Assembly: GCF_037042905.1 (NCBI RefSeq)
Contig: NC_087245.1
Location: 17,734,001-17,798,000, forward strand
Origin: Lytechinus pictus
Taxonomy: Eukaryota
Length of the DNA: 64,000 nucleotides
Reading direction: 5' to 3'
In this document: positions 38,100-52,633 of the stretch, one piece after another
Layout of the letters: each line of letters begins with the position of its first letter
How positions within the stretch are numbered: position 1 is the first letter of the stretch
Made by a program: the position numbers and the translations under genes
The notes under the pieces: generated by a model
The model's input: only the letters and a program-made list of their open reading frames with translations
What the model was told of the DNA's origin: nothing
The model's database searches: none

Positions 38100-41000
38100 T
38101 ATTCTATTGGTCTCGATAAACTTTAATCTCCATTCGATTCCCTGACTCTGCTTTTGTTTTGCAATTGCAACGCTACTAGCTAGGGTTACAGCTATTCTAC
38201 GAACCGAGACCCTAACATAATTATGTCAAATTATTTCTGATATCGCAAAAAATATATAGGCCTACGGCATATACATATATATCGATATTGCTTTGCTAAT
38301 AAGTATCCAATGAGCTAGTATATCAAACTAAATCATAATGTGAAAAATGAATTAATATAATATTAACTATATTATAGTCTACAAGTTTCTTTAAGAGGGG
38401 GTAACAGTTATAGGCTATCGGCCTGCTAGCATGGTGCGCTAGAAGAAATTAATATAAGAAATTTCCCTTTAGAAAATCATGATATACTCATCTAGTACAA
38501 TTAGACCTGCATGGCGTGTTCAACATTTTGGGGAAAATTTTGCTTTACCGTACGTTAGGCGCGATCGAGAACCTTTCTAGTTGTTGCATGTACGGTATAG
38601 CATCATAAAGATGATACGTACATCTATGATCTGTATACATTCTTTTTATTTGAATGTCCAGCTAACTGGTGGTCATTCTGCCTACTTTTCCCAGTAACAT
38701 TTTGTTCTACCTTAATACGTGCATGACGCATCTCATGTTTTGTGGATGATTTGGAATAATCGCTTGTGCTCGAGTATAAATGCGTCTGTGTATACAGACT
38801 ATCATACTATTGTCACTGTGCCCCGAATGTGTGCATGATAGATAGCATACATGACCATGAGCATGGAAGATGAAAAACTGGGCATTATTGACCGTCCTTT
38901 AAAAAAAATGGCCGTGGTAAAAAAAGGTTGGTTCAAAAGAGTAAATCCATGGTCTTGTGATGATTAAGGATGATATCTATTTCATCTGACATTAACGTTT
39001 TATCAATTTTGATTGTTATTAAAACAAACCTGTGCCACTATTACTTTAGTCATGCAAATTACATGACATTGTCTTCCATATTTTTCCTTTATTCCTTACA
39101 ATCGAATGGATAAAAACCAGGGAGTTGGGAGTGGATGAACTGCTATAAGCTAGCCTATACTTTAAAATTTAAATTGTTAACTTGTCCTTCTACATTCAGA
39201 TCTTTGCATGGGTGTCGATCCCGGGGGAGGGGGTATTATACCCCCCCCCCCCCCGGCCTTATTGTATATTAAAGCGTAGTACTTGTAGTCTTATAAGGAT
39301 TGCAACCTCTACTGGCGTGCGTGATGTTGGGCTATAGGGACCATGGAAGAAAAGGGGTGAATTTGATAAATATAGGCCCTATATTTGTTTATGTCAAAAC
39401 TTGTTACAAAATTAAATTCCGATTAAAAAGGTCAAAATGTTTGCTCGCTGGCTTCGCCTTCTCATTTTTTTCTAAAATAGATTTTGCCTATTATGTTATG
39501 TCTGGACCGCGCAAAATTTATGCATCCCCACCCCCCCCCCCATCAATCTTTAAAAAAAATCCCTCACAGAGAACAAAAGTTTGGTCTGTCATCCCATTGC
39601 CAGAAGCAGTGGGGGGGGGGGTTACTCCCTCCCTAAAAAAAAGGAATAGGCCGGGCCTACCGAAAATGTTTTACTTTGGAAATTGGAAATTGTAACAAAA
39701 TCAATCATAATAATTGTGCACAAAATCCTTCGATTTCATTTAGACAATGCCAGAGCGCCCCATGGCATGGACCTATCCACGGAGGACTCCCCAGCCTCCC
39801 CCCCCCCCCCCCCCCCCGCTTCCGCTAGTGGAGAAATTATATTGCTTGCAAAAAAACGCTCCTCACAGGTTATTTATCGGCCTAAATCATATTAGAGAAA
39901 ATTGAAAAAATATTAGCCATCGAAAAAATTGTGAAAGGCCTCAACTCTAATCACCAAAATACGGGAAGAGATATAGGCCTACCCTGTGTGGTAGGACACG
40001 AATATGTGACGATTCAAATTAACAGTTGCTATCAGCTAACATGTCATGTTCAGCATGTTCAGTCAAAATTAACGCCACACATAATTATGGGCTGAGTATT
40101 CTTATCGCCCCTTCGCAAAACATTTTTGTTCGTCCTTTCAGTTCCACAAACTTAACTGAGCGCACATCTTGTCATCAGACTGTCTTGACCTCAGAAATTA
40201 GTATTTCCCCCTAAATAAGGCATTCAATTTTGTGACGCCTGTTTTGGCACTTAAATCAGTTAATCATCTTTTGGTTGAAAATGCTATAGGCACGGATAGG
40301 CCTTGAGGAAGTTCCTTCAAAATGGCCGTGATATTATGAAGAACTAAAATCAGAGCAGAAAATATACATCAATACATTGGTTTAGGGGGCAAAAATTGTG
40401 TTTCTCGTGTAACGGGAGACCTCAAAATGCAAAATTTCCATTTGAGTACTCTAAAAACTAGCGCATGTTATTTTTATTGTTTATTTCAGAAAGAGTGGTC
40501 ATATTGCAAGTGAGTAATCCATTTAGCATATCAAATACTTTTTTGAGAACTTAATGCCGAAAAATACTTTTCAATGTTTCTGATGTAAAAAGTAAATAGT
40601 AAATATTTTCAAAGTGTACTTTGAAGTGGACACTTAATGTTTAAATAGAAACCACAAATAATACATAAATTAAGTAGAAATTTTAGCAATAACATAAAAT
40701 AAGATTTAATGAAAGCAATGCATGGTGTGTCACAACGTAATATTTGGGGGTCACCAAATTCATCTACAAAATACAATAATGGCCATACTTTTCATTATTT
40801 TTTATATTATTGCTAATCACTCTTTCTAAACATAAAACTATATGTAATGGCTACCAGAAAAAATCTTTAGAAAGGTAATATGCATTCTACACCCAAAAGT
40901 CGGTGTTTCCCATGTAAGCCATTTAGGGGACACCAAACCTTACATGGCATACAGTAACAATATCTTTTGATTGTCATTTTCTGTGAAAATTAATATGGGT

Positions 41001-41174
41001 TTTTCTGTACCTTTTTCGTATCAATAGACAAATCATTTTTTTAGATTGTTCTTTGGGCCTGATAGCGCCATCATAAAATGATGAAAAGTGTCCCTGACTG
41101 ACACATACACACCCGATCACGGAAAGAAAACAAAAATAAGTTAGAAATGAAAATGAAAGTCATGTATTTTATAT

Positions 41175-42495
41175 CAACTGCGTAGACAGGATTTAATTTT
41201 GGAGGGGTGGTTAGTGCACGCGAAGCGTGCCAATACTTACAGAGCGCGCGAAGCGCACTCTCGAAGGAAAGGGTGTAGGGAAGTTCTTGATATCTCATTA
41301 ATTTAATATGAAAAGAAGACATCTCTTGCATCTCTAGTATCCTTATCAACTCGCCCCCATTTGCTGTGATTAAAACAAATGTATTTGAAAGAAATTACGA
41401 GCGTCCCCAAAATGGGAAAAGATCATTTAAAACCGTTGAATGATATAATACCGCACGAAGCGCGGAAGCTAAAACGTTTTATAAAATTGAGAACAGAAGT
41501 GGCATAAAATGCCTACCTTGGTCGCATCATATTTGATGATAAAAACTTTAGCCACAGTAGATGTCTTTAGATCACAAAACATAGTAGAAGACGGGTATGC
41601 AAGGAGGAAATATTCCTTTCCGCGAATGGTTTTGAAGCTCTGAATTGAAACTTTAACCTGCTCTAATTTTGATATTTCTTAGATTATAAATGGATAACGA
41701 TGAAAAAGGAAGCTCAAAATGTGAAAGGGCCCAGTGATGCAAGCCAGACTATGAGAGGGACTTTTCATTTCCCTTCCACGTGAAATACGGTAACATCTGT
41801 GATTTATTTCGGGAGAAAAAAGTGTAATTTCGCTCATTCTTATTAAGCGCTTTATTAATTATGATTCAGAAAGTTCAGTGATATTCAAAATTTCAAATCA
41901 ATCGTACAAAACAAGACAGGAGATGGGTGTAACAGCGATATAGAATAAAGTTTCATCATACATATAGCACGGCACGAATTTATAATGCCTCGAGCCCCTT
42001 TTGAGCAGATACTTTGCCACAAATTACTCACTGAAAAGTGGGAAGATATCATAATAATTATGGGAACTCTGGGAGTGGCGGGAGTGTTGACCCGCTCCGA
42101 ACAGAAGAGCCGAAATTTTGTGTCAATGCAATTTAAAAAAGAATCATCATATTTTTTCTTAAATTTATGTATACTCTATAATTTATGGCAAGAAAATACA
42201 ATTCCCATAGATGGGAAGGGGAAAAACCGTATCATATAGTTTGGATAGAGCTCGAAAGCAATTTTTTTAATGAATTATAAGACAGAAAACTAAACGTCTC
42301 ATTTAGGTTTTTATTCTTTTGACCAAAAAAAAACCAAAAGAGAAAACATTATATTTAGGACTATACCCATCTTCCCTCTCTTCGCTTTCCCTTTTCCTTT
42401 CTTCTTCCCTTTTCCTCTCTTATTCTTTTTAGAGCGTTTTTTTTGTTGGGGGGGGGGGCGACCACCCCCATCGCTTCCCCCTGGCTACGCGCCTG
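41175..42495 (+). mobile_element. hAT-like non-autonomous element
   Basis: CAACTGCGTAGACAGG / CCTGGCTACGCGCCTG degenerate TIRs; flanks TTTTATAT / TTTTATTA; truncated homologue at 59327-59925. Confidence 0.7.
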
Positions 42496-42699
42496 TTTTA
42501 TTATGGTGCTCCTCGTTTGAGGTAAATCTTAAACGGAATTCCTCAAACCTTCACCAATATTTTTTTTCGACTGCATTTTACAACAAACTTTTCTTCAGGG
42601 AGAACTTTCCCTTCTTTTAAAAAGGTATACACTTTCCAACACACACCCGCTCCCATCTATTACGGACATGCCCATATACATGTACCTTCTTAAGGGATT

Positions 42700-43662
42700 T
42701 AACATATATTTGGATGTGAATAAGAATTGTTTAGAACTAGGTGAGATATAGTCGATAGTGATAGAGTATTAGAAGAAGAAATAAAAAACAAAGTTGAAGA
42801 TATTTTCAATCTCCAGTTCTTATTGGATTTACGTAATGATCGAGCAAATGATGTTGAACAAAATAAATTGAGAACTTAAGTTTTTAAACAGAATATACAA
42901 ACAGAGAAATATCTATTAACTGTTAAAAATCAGAAAATACGGAAAAACATCTGTCGATTTAGAATAAGTTCCCATAATTTACCCATTGAAACTGGAAGAC
43001 ATAGACGTCCAGATTAAATACCCTCACATTTAAGAACGTGCAATAATTGTAATTCAGGAAGGGTTGGGGATGAGTGGCACACGATAATAGAATGTAATGT
43101 ACACACAACTGAAAGGGTGGTGTTTTTTTGACAAAATAGCTGAAATGTATATACAGTTTAAGAACCTTAGCGATGAAGACAAATTTATATTCATAATGAA
43201 ACTTGATAATGAAAACATAATTGATAATTTTTGTAAGTTCTTCAATGCGATTATAAATAAGAGGGGTGAGTTTTTAACATCATGCAAGTACATTTTTTCT
43301 TTTTAAATTTCATTCAAAATATCTAAAATCCACCAAAGCCACCATTACCAAAGATATATCTCTAACGTTATACATTTATTTACTTCCTGATTTGTATTCG
43401 ATAATTAGATAACTTATGTATATTGCATTATGCTACACCTTGTTTATGTTAAATTTCAATTCGTCATTTCTCTTTGTATATACTATATATAGATGTATAT
43501 CTTTATTGGAAATCTATGTATTGATGTATTGCTGATTTATACGACATACATGTACAGTTATGAATGTTTTTGTTTATGTTATCATTGTAGGCCTATATAT
43601 TTTAAAACAAAATATTCATGCCATATGAATGAAGTTTGTTAATAAATTCAAATTCAAAATTC
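42700..43662 (+). mobile_element. LINE 3' portion (L2/Crack/Daphne-like ORF2 C-terminus, 3'UTR, (AAATTC)n tail)
   Basis: NKLRT..FK..TEKYLL..ICRFRISSHNLPIETGRH..RTCNNC..GDEWH..EC, with stops. Confidence 0.85.
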
Positions 43663-44083
43663 ATGTACGGAACCGTACATCATGTATATAGGTCCATGAT
43701 CATACCATGGAGGTAGACCAGTAACATACAAAGAAAAAAATACGAGACACAATATACAAACGCACCCTCACACACACCATGGACCTATATGTTCAGCACA
43801 CACACACACACTGGACGACGGCGCCCCTGTCCACCCTATAGATACCCTATGCCCACGGCCACACGATAGTACGTGTGCAAGAAGCTTGATTTCGTAATCA
43901 ATCGCACGTGTGTTTTGTTTGTACACAAAGCTGACGCTGGGCACGTGTGTAATTGTATCACACTGCACTACTTAATAATTGCATCTCGAAATCTAAACTG
44001 TTCACTCGTAAATCTAAGTACGGTACTTTTCATTCAGCACACATTTGCAATGTGGACTAAATTTAAACGAAGAAGAATATACG

Positions 44084-46773
44084 ATGGCGACGAAGCGCGA
44101 CATCTTTTCGAAGCTCTCTATTTTACAGAAGAGGAAAATGCTGCAACAAGTGAAGAGGCCACCAGTTTACGGGCCGGAGTACGGCTTAGCCTTAGGCGGG
44201 GACGACTCCCAGGCCATGCCAGGCCCAGTCTGATTATTGAGTCGAGTTTTGGCGATTTGACATCAGCTACGCCTACGGGTTTGAATATTGCAACAAGCAA
44301 CGACGTTGTTCGAGCAGATCCCGTTGGCGAAGAGAGAGGTAAGGCGCGCATATTAAAGGCTAAGCCTACTTAAGTTACTTAACCTAGCCTAAGCCTAATA
44401 TTAGATTAACCTTTGATTGAATATAGGCTTTATTTTTAGTTTATTTAGTACTACTTTACTGGGGATATACTAGACTAAAGTCTAGACTAGACCTTCTTTA
44501 GGCTATCCTCGAGTCTGTCTAGTCTAGGCTACATGCATCATTGTACATGTATGAATTGTAGCATAGAGCAATTGCTTTGGTCTCTGTTAAATTGGTTGTT
44601 CCGCCACCAAAGACTGTTTAGTGTTGGCTCGATCCACCTACCAATTACAGAGAAATTAAAAAAAATATTTAGTAACTCCTTGAGAAAGACGGCACCCAGC
44701 TGTCTAGATCTACAATGTAGATGTAGCATGACTAGACCAAAAGATTTCGGTCTCTGTTATGTTGGTTGTTCCGCTGAACTCCGTTGGCTCCACTCACCAA
44801 ATACAGAGACCGAAGTTGTAGCTCGATCTGTACAGGGACTCAATGGCCATATGTTTATGTATTAAGTTCAGATCAACTTGGGAAGTGGGAGTTGCGCGAC
44901 AGCCGAAGTAAGTCACTGTTTTCCCCCCTTTTAAGTTTCTTTTTTCCCGTTTTGGTGCATTTCAGACCAAAACGGAATAATGATCTTTAAAAAAATAAGA
45001 CTTTATTTTGGTACAGTTCATTTTATATATTTTTATGAAATAAAGACAAAAATCAATGAGCCCCATCGGGGGAATTTTGCATTGTTAACCCCCTAATGGT
45101 GGCTGCACGATAGCGAGCCGTCTGTGTACGAGGAGAAATAAGATGAAAATAAAATTGTTAAAAAACTCCTCGAAACAGACGGCTGCCAGCTGTCTATAGC
45201 ATGACTAGCTTATTTTCTCTCGTTCTTAGAAACAAATGCTTGATAATAACACTAAAAAATTGATAGATAAATCTGAAGTGAACGAACGAGAAGTCTAAAT
45301 ACTTGTTATTTTTGGTGTAGGGTGCATAGGGAACTCTTTCAATTTTTTATTTCAAAAGTGATATTTTAAAGAATGAAAAAAATTGTCATGCAATTGATCT
45401 ACATAGGATTTGAACAGAGAGAGGGCTAAAAATTTCATCAAGGTTGGACAAGGAATAACAAAATTGTGATATAATATTATCAAGCTTCTCAGTATATTTT
45501 CATTTTTTATAAACTGGGAGTTTTATACCGGTGAAACAGTTTTAGGCCTAGAGGGATCTATTCTCTACTCTATGTTTTAATTCTATGACTATGTGTGTTG
45601 TAATGAATAAAATAGATTTGTGCAATGGAAAAGTCAAGCAATCAATGTAAAATTAGCAAATTTATCAAATAACATTCAAACAATTTTTTTAGATTATATC
45701 CGACCTTTACACCACAACCATTTTTGGGGCATGTAATCTATTAATGATATGAAATGGGGTCTAGAGACATTCCCCTTTGGGGAGATAAACCAAGCTGAAG
45801 ATAAGCTTTACATGCTTTTCCTTTGTTTATCATATTTAAAAATTTACACATTACACATACAGGTTTTAATTACCTACCACATGCATGCAAAAGTGACTAC
45901 ATGGTTAGAATTACATTTACTACATCCCAGGTAAATGAGGTCATTATCGCCCTATATTAACTGGAATGAACCTATAGCCTGAATATTTGCATACTTTTAT
46001 AAAATATACAGGTAAGCATAGTATTAAAAGAAAGAAGGTTAGCCTAGGTCCTACCTACCTTGTATGATGTAATTATCATTCTAATTTTCCTTTCTTAAGT
46101 CTGGATTTTTTAAATCTTTTGCCAGGTGGAACTTGAAGTGTTCAGTGAAAGCAGTGTTGTTCAAAGAGAGAAGGTACATTCATGTACACTACGAGATGAA
46201 CTCCCAAGCAAGTGAAGTTGAGCTTCAAGCAGGTATATTGAATATGTTTTGAGTAATGTTTACAAATTCATATTCATATAAGATTGCCTCATGAAATGTG
46301 GCATCAAGGGCAAGCAAACTCAAACAAAAATTGATTTTAAAAAGACGGTGGGAGGGGGGGTGATATTAGGTAGGCCTAATGTTAACATTTTGGAGATATT
46401 ATTGTTTTTATGGAAGCAATTTAATTGTTTTTATAAGGACTTAAGTGAAGTTGAAGGATTTAGATGATTTCTTTTCTCCTTTAAGCTTTTATTAAACAAG
46501 AGGTGCTGATGCAATTATTTGCATATTCTAGAGCCCTCTCTGATTTATTTTCTTTATGATGTTCCACCTCTTTAAAATTCTGCTAACATTTATTGTTGGA
46601 CTTATCTCTAAATGAATGATGGGTGAAAGGTTTGATCTAAAATGATTGAATTTGTTGTTTTATTTTTTGTTCTTTAAACATGCCTACAGGTGGCTACTCC
46701 ACAGAAGTAGATTTCCCTTTCAGAATGTCAGATTGTTAGATTTCTGAAGTCGATATAAACTTTAATTCACCAG
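44084..46773 (+). pseudogene. Candidate 5' exons of the giant element's gene (44084-44338, 46126-46232, 46690-46773)
   Basis: GC-rich ATG exon MATKRDIFSKLSILQKRKMLQQVKRP.. ending at G|GTAAG; two AG..GT-bounded segments downstream; frames disrupted. Link to the transposase is inferred from position and strand only. Confidence 0.3.
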
Positions 46774-46970
46774 GTGAGTCTTTAAAAAATTTGTCTTGAA
46801 GATCGATACAAAGTACATTTGCGTATACATGCAGTCTATAGCTTACATAATATATGTGTATGAATTGGTATCTCATTTTGGGAGCCTGCCAATTTCCTGA
46901 AGACTCTTGTAAACATGAGTTTCTTCCATTGGTACCCACCACTAGCTTCAGGGAAAAGCAGGGAAAAAAT

Positions 46971-47858
46971 TAGTTCATATTTTATCTTTCGCCAGATTTT
47001 TTTTGAAAAAATTAAAAATTATATATTTAAAGGAAAGGTTATTGTATAAGGATTCAGAATAACAATATTTCCATTTGCACTGTGACCTATATGGCCGCCA
47101 TCTAGGATTTTTCAAAATGGCCGCCAAAAACAAAGTTTTCAACTATATCTCAGCTTCTGAGTAACCTAGAATCATGATTTTGACACCAAATTCACCTTTC
47201 ATGAGGTCAAGAAATCTATTTGTATAAAAATAATCAACTTTATTCAAGAAAGAAAATCTTTTTCTACGTATTTCCAGAATAGAATTCACATTAAAGTCCA
47301 AATTAAAAACAAACACTTAACATTGGTTAAGATTTCAAGTTGATACCCTGGCCGACAAGGCCAAAGTTCATTTACCCTAAGTGACCTAATCATGTGACCT
47401 AACACTCGACAAATGATTAGTAAAAACATGTATTACACACTGGTTTAACATTTCCCTTACTGAAGGTATGTTCAGATCACTTAATTTGCAACACTTCATT
47501 TGGCTTTTAATGGGAGTTTTAGTCTGGAAATACGTAGAAAAAGACAAAAAATATAAAAAAGATTTTTTTTTGGGAATGATATTGATTATTTTTATAGGCC
47601 TACCAATGGATTCCTTGACCTATTAAAGAAACTGTGGTTTCGGTGCCGAAATCATGATTCTATTTTACTTAGAAGCTGCGATATTGTTGAAAACAGTTTT
47701 TGGTGGCCATTTTCTAAAAAACCAAGATGGCGGCCATATAGGTATCGGTGCAAATGGAAACATTACTATTCTGATTCCTTATACAATAACCTGTCCAAAA
47801 ATGTATAATTTTCATTTCCTAAAAAAAATTGGTCAAAATTGCATAGTGAAACTGACTA
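46971..47858. mobile_element. Academ-like MITE with long imperfect TIRs
   Basis: TAGT..ACTA ends; AGGTTATTGTATAAGGA.TCAGAATA...TTTCCATTTGCAC...CCTATATGGCCGCCATCT mirrored at both ends. Confidence 0.7.
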
Positions 47859-48297
47859 TATACAGTAAAAAAAATGCAACTTGGGAATTTGAAACTGTGC
47901 TCCTCGCTATCCTCTAGGCTTGTTCATGTGTGGAGTTTGGATGATTTTTGAATGACAAGGAGAACTCAGATTAGGTACTAGGGGGCCGCTGAGTTTTCAT
48001 CGCTCAGCAATAACTTTTGGGGTGACTTCCAGATTTTATGTCACCCCTGAAAGCATGATTTTAGGTGATTATGAGGGTGACTTAAAGCATTTCCAGGGTG
48101 AATTGGCCGCCGCCCCCGTGTATTTTTTCCCTGGGCCAGTGAATTGGTCTTCTTATTTTGGATATATAGAAGTACAGTATTATTTAGAAGGGAAAAAATA
48201 TTGACGCTTGTATTAACTGTGTTAAAAGTGTTTTATAACATTTGATTTTTTTTATAGATAAAAATTTTGCCGGTGCAGGAACACCCTTAGCACCACA

Positions 48298-49540
48298 CAG
48301 TTGCGTACCATGGGTCACCAGCAAAAATTTTGAGTCACTTTATAATGAGCGCGCTTCGCGTGCTCAGTTGGCAGGTATATTGACCTAGTACAGACATTTT
48401 ATTTGTAAGGACAGTGCCGTATGTTTCTCACAGATCAAATGATGCGAGCGCGAAGCGCGAGCTGAAAATTTTTGATATTCAGATCTACAGTAGAAAGGGA
48501 TATTATAAGCAAATTTTTGTTATGTTACGTACCTGTCTCACCATATTACGTACATTACGTAGATATCTCACCATATTCATCTAATGCGAGTGCCAAATGC
48601 TTGCTGATTTTGTTAGAATTATATCTAAACACAGGAAGCACTTGTATTCATTATAACCATGATTAACAAACGCATCTCACTATTGCAAGCGCGAGCTGAA
48701 AATTTAGGAAATTCAGACCTGAAGAGGGGCATTCTAAGGCTTGTTTGTAGGAATGCACTAAGACCATACGTATTTCACTAATCAAATGATGCGAGTGCGA
48801 AGCGCGAGCTGAACATTTTTGATATTCAAATCAGAAAAAGGGACATCTTAAGGAATATTTTTAAAGAATCCATTAAGAGTATACATATCTTACCATAGTC
48901 AACTAATGTGAATGCCAAGCACTTGCTGATTTGGTTAGAATTACATCTAAACACATGAAGCACTTTTTTAGTCATTGTAATCATGATTATCACATGCATC
49001 TCACTAATCAAATATTGCGAGCGCGAACAGAAAATAAAGGAAATTCAGACCTGAAGAGGGGCATTCTAAGGCTTGTTTGTAGGAATTCACTAAGACCATA
49101 TGTATTTCACTAACTAAATGATGCGAGTGCGAAGCGCGAGCTGAAATTTTTTTATATTCAAATAAGAAAATGGGACATTTTAAGGACTGATTTTAGGAAT
49201 TCATGAAGAGCAGATATCTCACCAATCCTTTAATGCGAACGTAAGCACGGACAGGAAATGTTTTATATTAAGACCTTAAAATGGGCCGATCACTTTTAGT
49301 AGTCATGAAAAAGAAGCATATGTCACTACATAAAATGATAATAGCTCGGAGTGCGAGGAAATGTATTTGGTGTATATTAACTTGATTTGACAACGTCATG
49401 TCTCTCAAATATACTTGAAAACTATAGTATTCCGAAAAAATATTTGATATATTATATCTCGTTAAACAGACAATGCAAGCACCAGGAACAATGAAGACAT
49501 TAGCCCTGAGCAAATCATGTTTCATAAAGTTATGAAAAAA
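48298..49540 (-). mobile_element. Inverted, truncated relative of the 25418/57918 hAT MITE
   Basis: Begins CAGTTGCGTACCATGGGTCA (reverse complement of that family's right end); colinear internal sequence. Confidence 0.75.
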
Positions 49541-51086
49541 GTGATTTTATGCAAAAACGTGATTATGTGTACAAAGTCAATGCAAATTGACATACATAAA
49601 TGTATGATTATTTTTACTTTGGTTGGTTAAGATAGATTTATTTTATGTTATTTATGTTCGCAAAAGGATTTCCGACAAAGTCCATCGAAAAAAAACAATA
49701 AAAACAAAGGTTTGAAAAAACAAAGAAATACATAAGAATAAAAAAAACAAAAAGATACATAATAAATTGATTATTTTTCTTCAATTTTGTTTAGATTATT
49801 GGTAGAAATGTAAAAAATTAGAATTTTACTAGCTTTATAAATTGAGTTAAAGGCAAGAACATACACAAAAACGCCTAATTAGGGCAAACTTCATACGTTT
49901 ATTTGCATAATTAATTAATTTAAAAAATGTAAGCAATTTCGGAAAATTTTACTATACGGTCTTGTAGTTTACATCCGGCTCTAAGCACATGCAAATTTTT
50001 GCGGCAATTTCGCAATCAACCGCCGAGATCTGAGGGGAGAGGTCAAATTGACCCCCCCCCCCCAGTATATGTTGGTCTGAAATAGCCCAGTCAAGATAAG
50101 GTTAAGGGTATTTATCTCACTGATTTTAACAGAGATAAAATATTTTATTTTATCTGAGATGAAATGGATCTCAGAATACCACCCCCGACCCCCCCCCCAA
50201 AGTAGTGAATCTTATTATGGTGACATTTATTGAATTCACTCAATCTGAGTACACTGTACACTTGCAATGTAGATTTTGCAAACATTGCATTGGAAATTTC
50301 ATTATTATTACAATTCTGTTTCCTCAATTTATGTCACCAATATAATTCACTACATTGTCAACTGGGCTGAAATTAAAAATTGTGTTCAATTTCTTTCCAA
50401 GTTGCCGGATGAGCTCCACATCATTGATGTGCTAGTATTGTATTAAGTTACCTTTTTAAAGTCAATGATTAAGCCCACCAGTAGCTGAAGTAACCTTATT
50501 TTATGATTTGGCCCGATAACTTGTAATGTAACTACATGTACTACTACTTCTAGCATCATTAGTGTATGAAAAGTAGGAATGGAAATATTTCTCTTTTTTT
50601 TTAAAGTGAATAGTCTTGTGTATCATGTGACAGAAACTCAGATTCATTAAGTTGTATGTGGTATTAAAGAATGACCAGGTGCCATCCATTGACCACCCAT
50701 TAACAAAATGGATGTACCAAACAAACCCATATTGATGTTCTGAAAGTATTATTTAGACTGAGATATTTTGTCTCTAAATTATTTTGGAATTTGTTCTTCC
50801 TAAGATGCAAAACAAGAGTATTTTCCTAATTTTGAATTCCAGTAAATTTAAAACTAAAAACCTTTCATTGATACTTCTCTGCAATCAAGACAGGAAGTGC
50901 CTAATTACTGTGTCAAAGTTGCTCTAGGCTGATTTGAATGAGTTCTAATCCTCTTTTTGTCACCTTGTACAATAGTGTGAGGGTAAGCGTGCTTCAATAG
51001 ACTTGCCAAATTTAATCCCTCTTTTGTCAAAAGTAAACATCTGTGGGAGTCAAAGTTCTTCTCTTGGTAATGAGGGTTATAACATC

Positions 51087-52633
51087 CAGTGGCGTAGCTA
51101 GGATTTTTTCCTGGGGGGCACTGGGGGGTCCTTGCTTTTTCGGGGGGGGGGGGGGACATTTTTTTCTGTGTGTGTATATACTATGTCACAAGGGCAGATC
51201 CGACTGGGGGTGGAGCCCGAAATTATCTTCACCTATATTACCCCCGATCAGTCACTTCTATAAAACAACCTAAATATGAAATAATCTCATAAGCTCTATA
51301 TAAAAAAGTGCGAGCGCGAAGCGCGAGCGTTTTTTTTTATCTTTCATTTATTTTGTCCTGAAAATTGAACATTCTGGGCACAGTTTAATCCTGAACAAGA
51401 TGTGTATGTAACTAGATAATTACTGCAAATGCAAAGCACGAGCAGAAAATTTTAATAAATGTTCTAGCATGATCGGAAACAGACCTGTTAAGGACTGTTT
51501 ACAGCTACCCACGAATACGGTACATATATCAATAATGGGAGCGTGAAGCGGGAGCTAAAACTTCATTTCGACCTAAATAATTGACATTCTAAGCACTTTT
51601 TGTAATCATAAATGGGATAGGTACATGTATGTAACTAAACAATTTGGAAGAAAATTAAGATTTTAGACCTAAAAGCGGGACACTCTATTCATATTTTGCA
51701 AATTATGAATAGGATATGGTTAATTGGGTATCATTGATAATTATTGATATTCTGATCTGAAACTGGATAAGCATATTTTAAATAAAGAACATGCAGGCTA
51801 TCTCAATAAATATGCGTGCGCATATTTTAGATTTAGACCTAGAATCTTGGCATTCTGAATACATTTTTATAATCATGAAGATCAATAATGCAAGCGCGAG
51901 CTGAAAACATTTGATATTACGATCTGAAGAGGGTCAATTAAAAAAACTATTTCAAGTACTGTGTAGGAAAATTGTGAAGTGGATGTGGATCACACTTTAT
52001 AATGAAAGATTTGTTTATCTAACATGCGTAATGACAACGTGGAAGTTTTTGTTTTTAAGGCTTGACAACTAGAAATAAAAAAATAGGCCTACGTTTTGAC
52101 AGTCACATCTGAAAATTGATATTTTGAGAACTTTATGGAATACACGAAGACAAGGAAATTGGCAATCAAATAATGACCATGCAGCGTGAGCTTAAAATGT
52201 TGATAATTATGTAGACCATATTAACGGACATTTTACAGAGTGCATTAAATTTGTAAATGAAAAATAAATAATGAAAGCTCGATGTCCGAGATGAAATATG
52301 TTTTGTATATTAACTTCAAAACTTGACATTTTAAGCTCCATATCAGCCTATTGAGCAAGATATGAATCTCATCGAACAGGAAATTTGAGCGTGAAGCGCG
52401 AGCGAAATTTTTATTTAGTATCATGAAAGATTTTTTGTTTTGCAAGTCTCACTCGTCTTCCTCCTCTTATTTTCCTCTTCTTTTTTCCTTCTGTCTTTCA
52501 CCTTCTCTTTTTTTTTTTTTTTTTTTTGCTCCGCCAATTTTTTCAGGGGGGGGCAGCCGGGGGGGGGGGGGGGGGGGGGGGGCACGTGCCCCTCCTGCCC
52601 CCCCCCCCCCCCCCCCCCGGCTGCCCCCCCCTG
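51087..52633 (+). mobile_element. hAT-like MITE(s) related to the 2684 family
   Basis: CAGTGGCGTAGCTAGG start, GCGCGAAGCGCGAGC subrepeats, segment similar to 4200-4500, G/C-tract end ..CCCCTG. Confidence 0.6.
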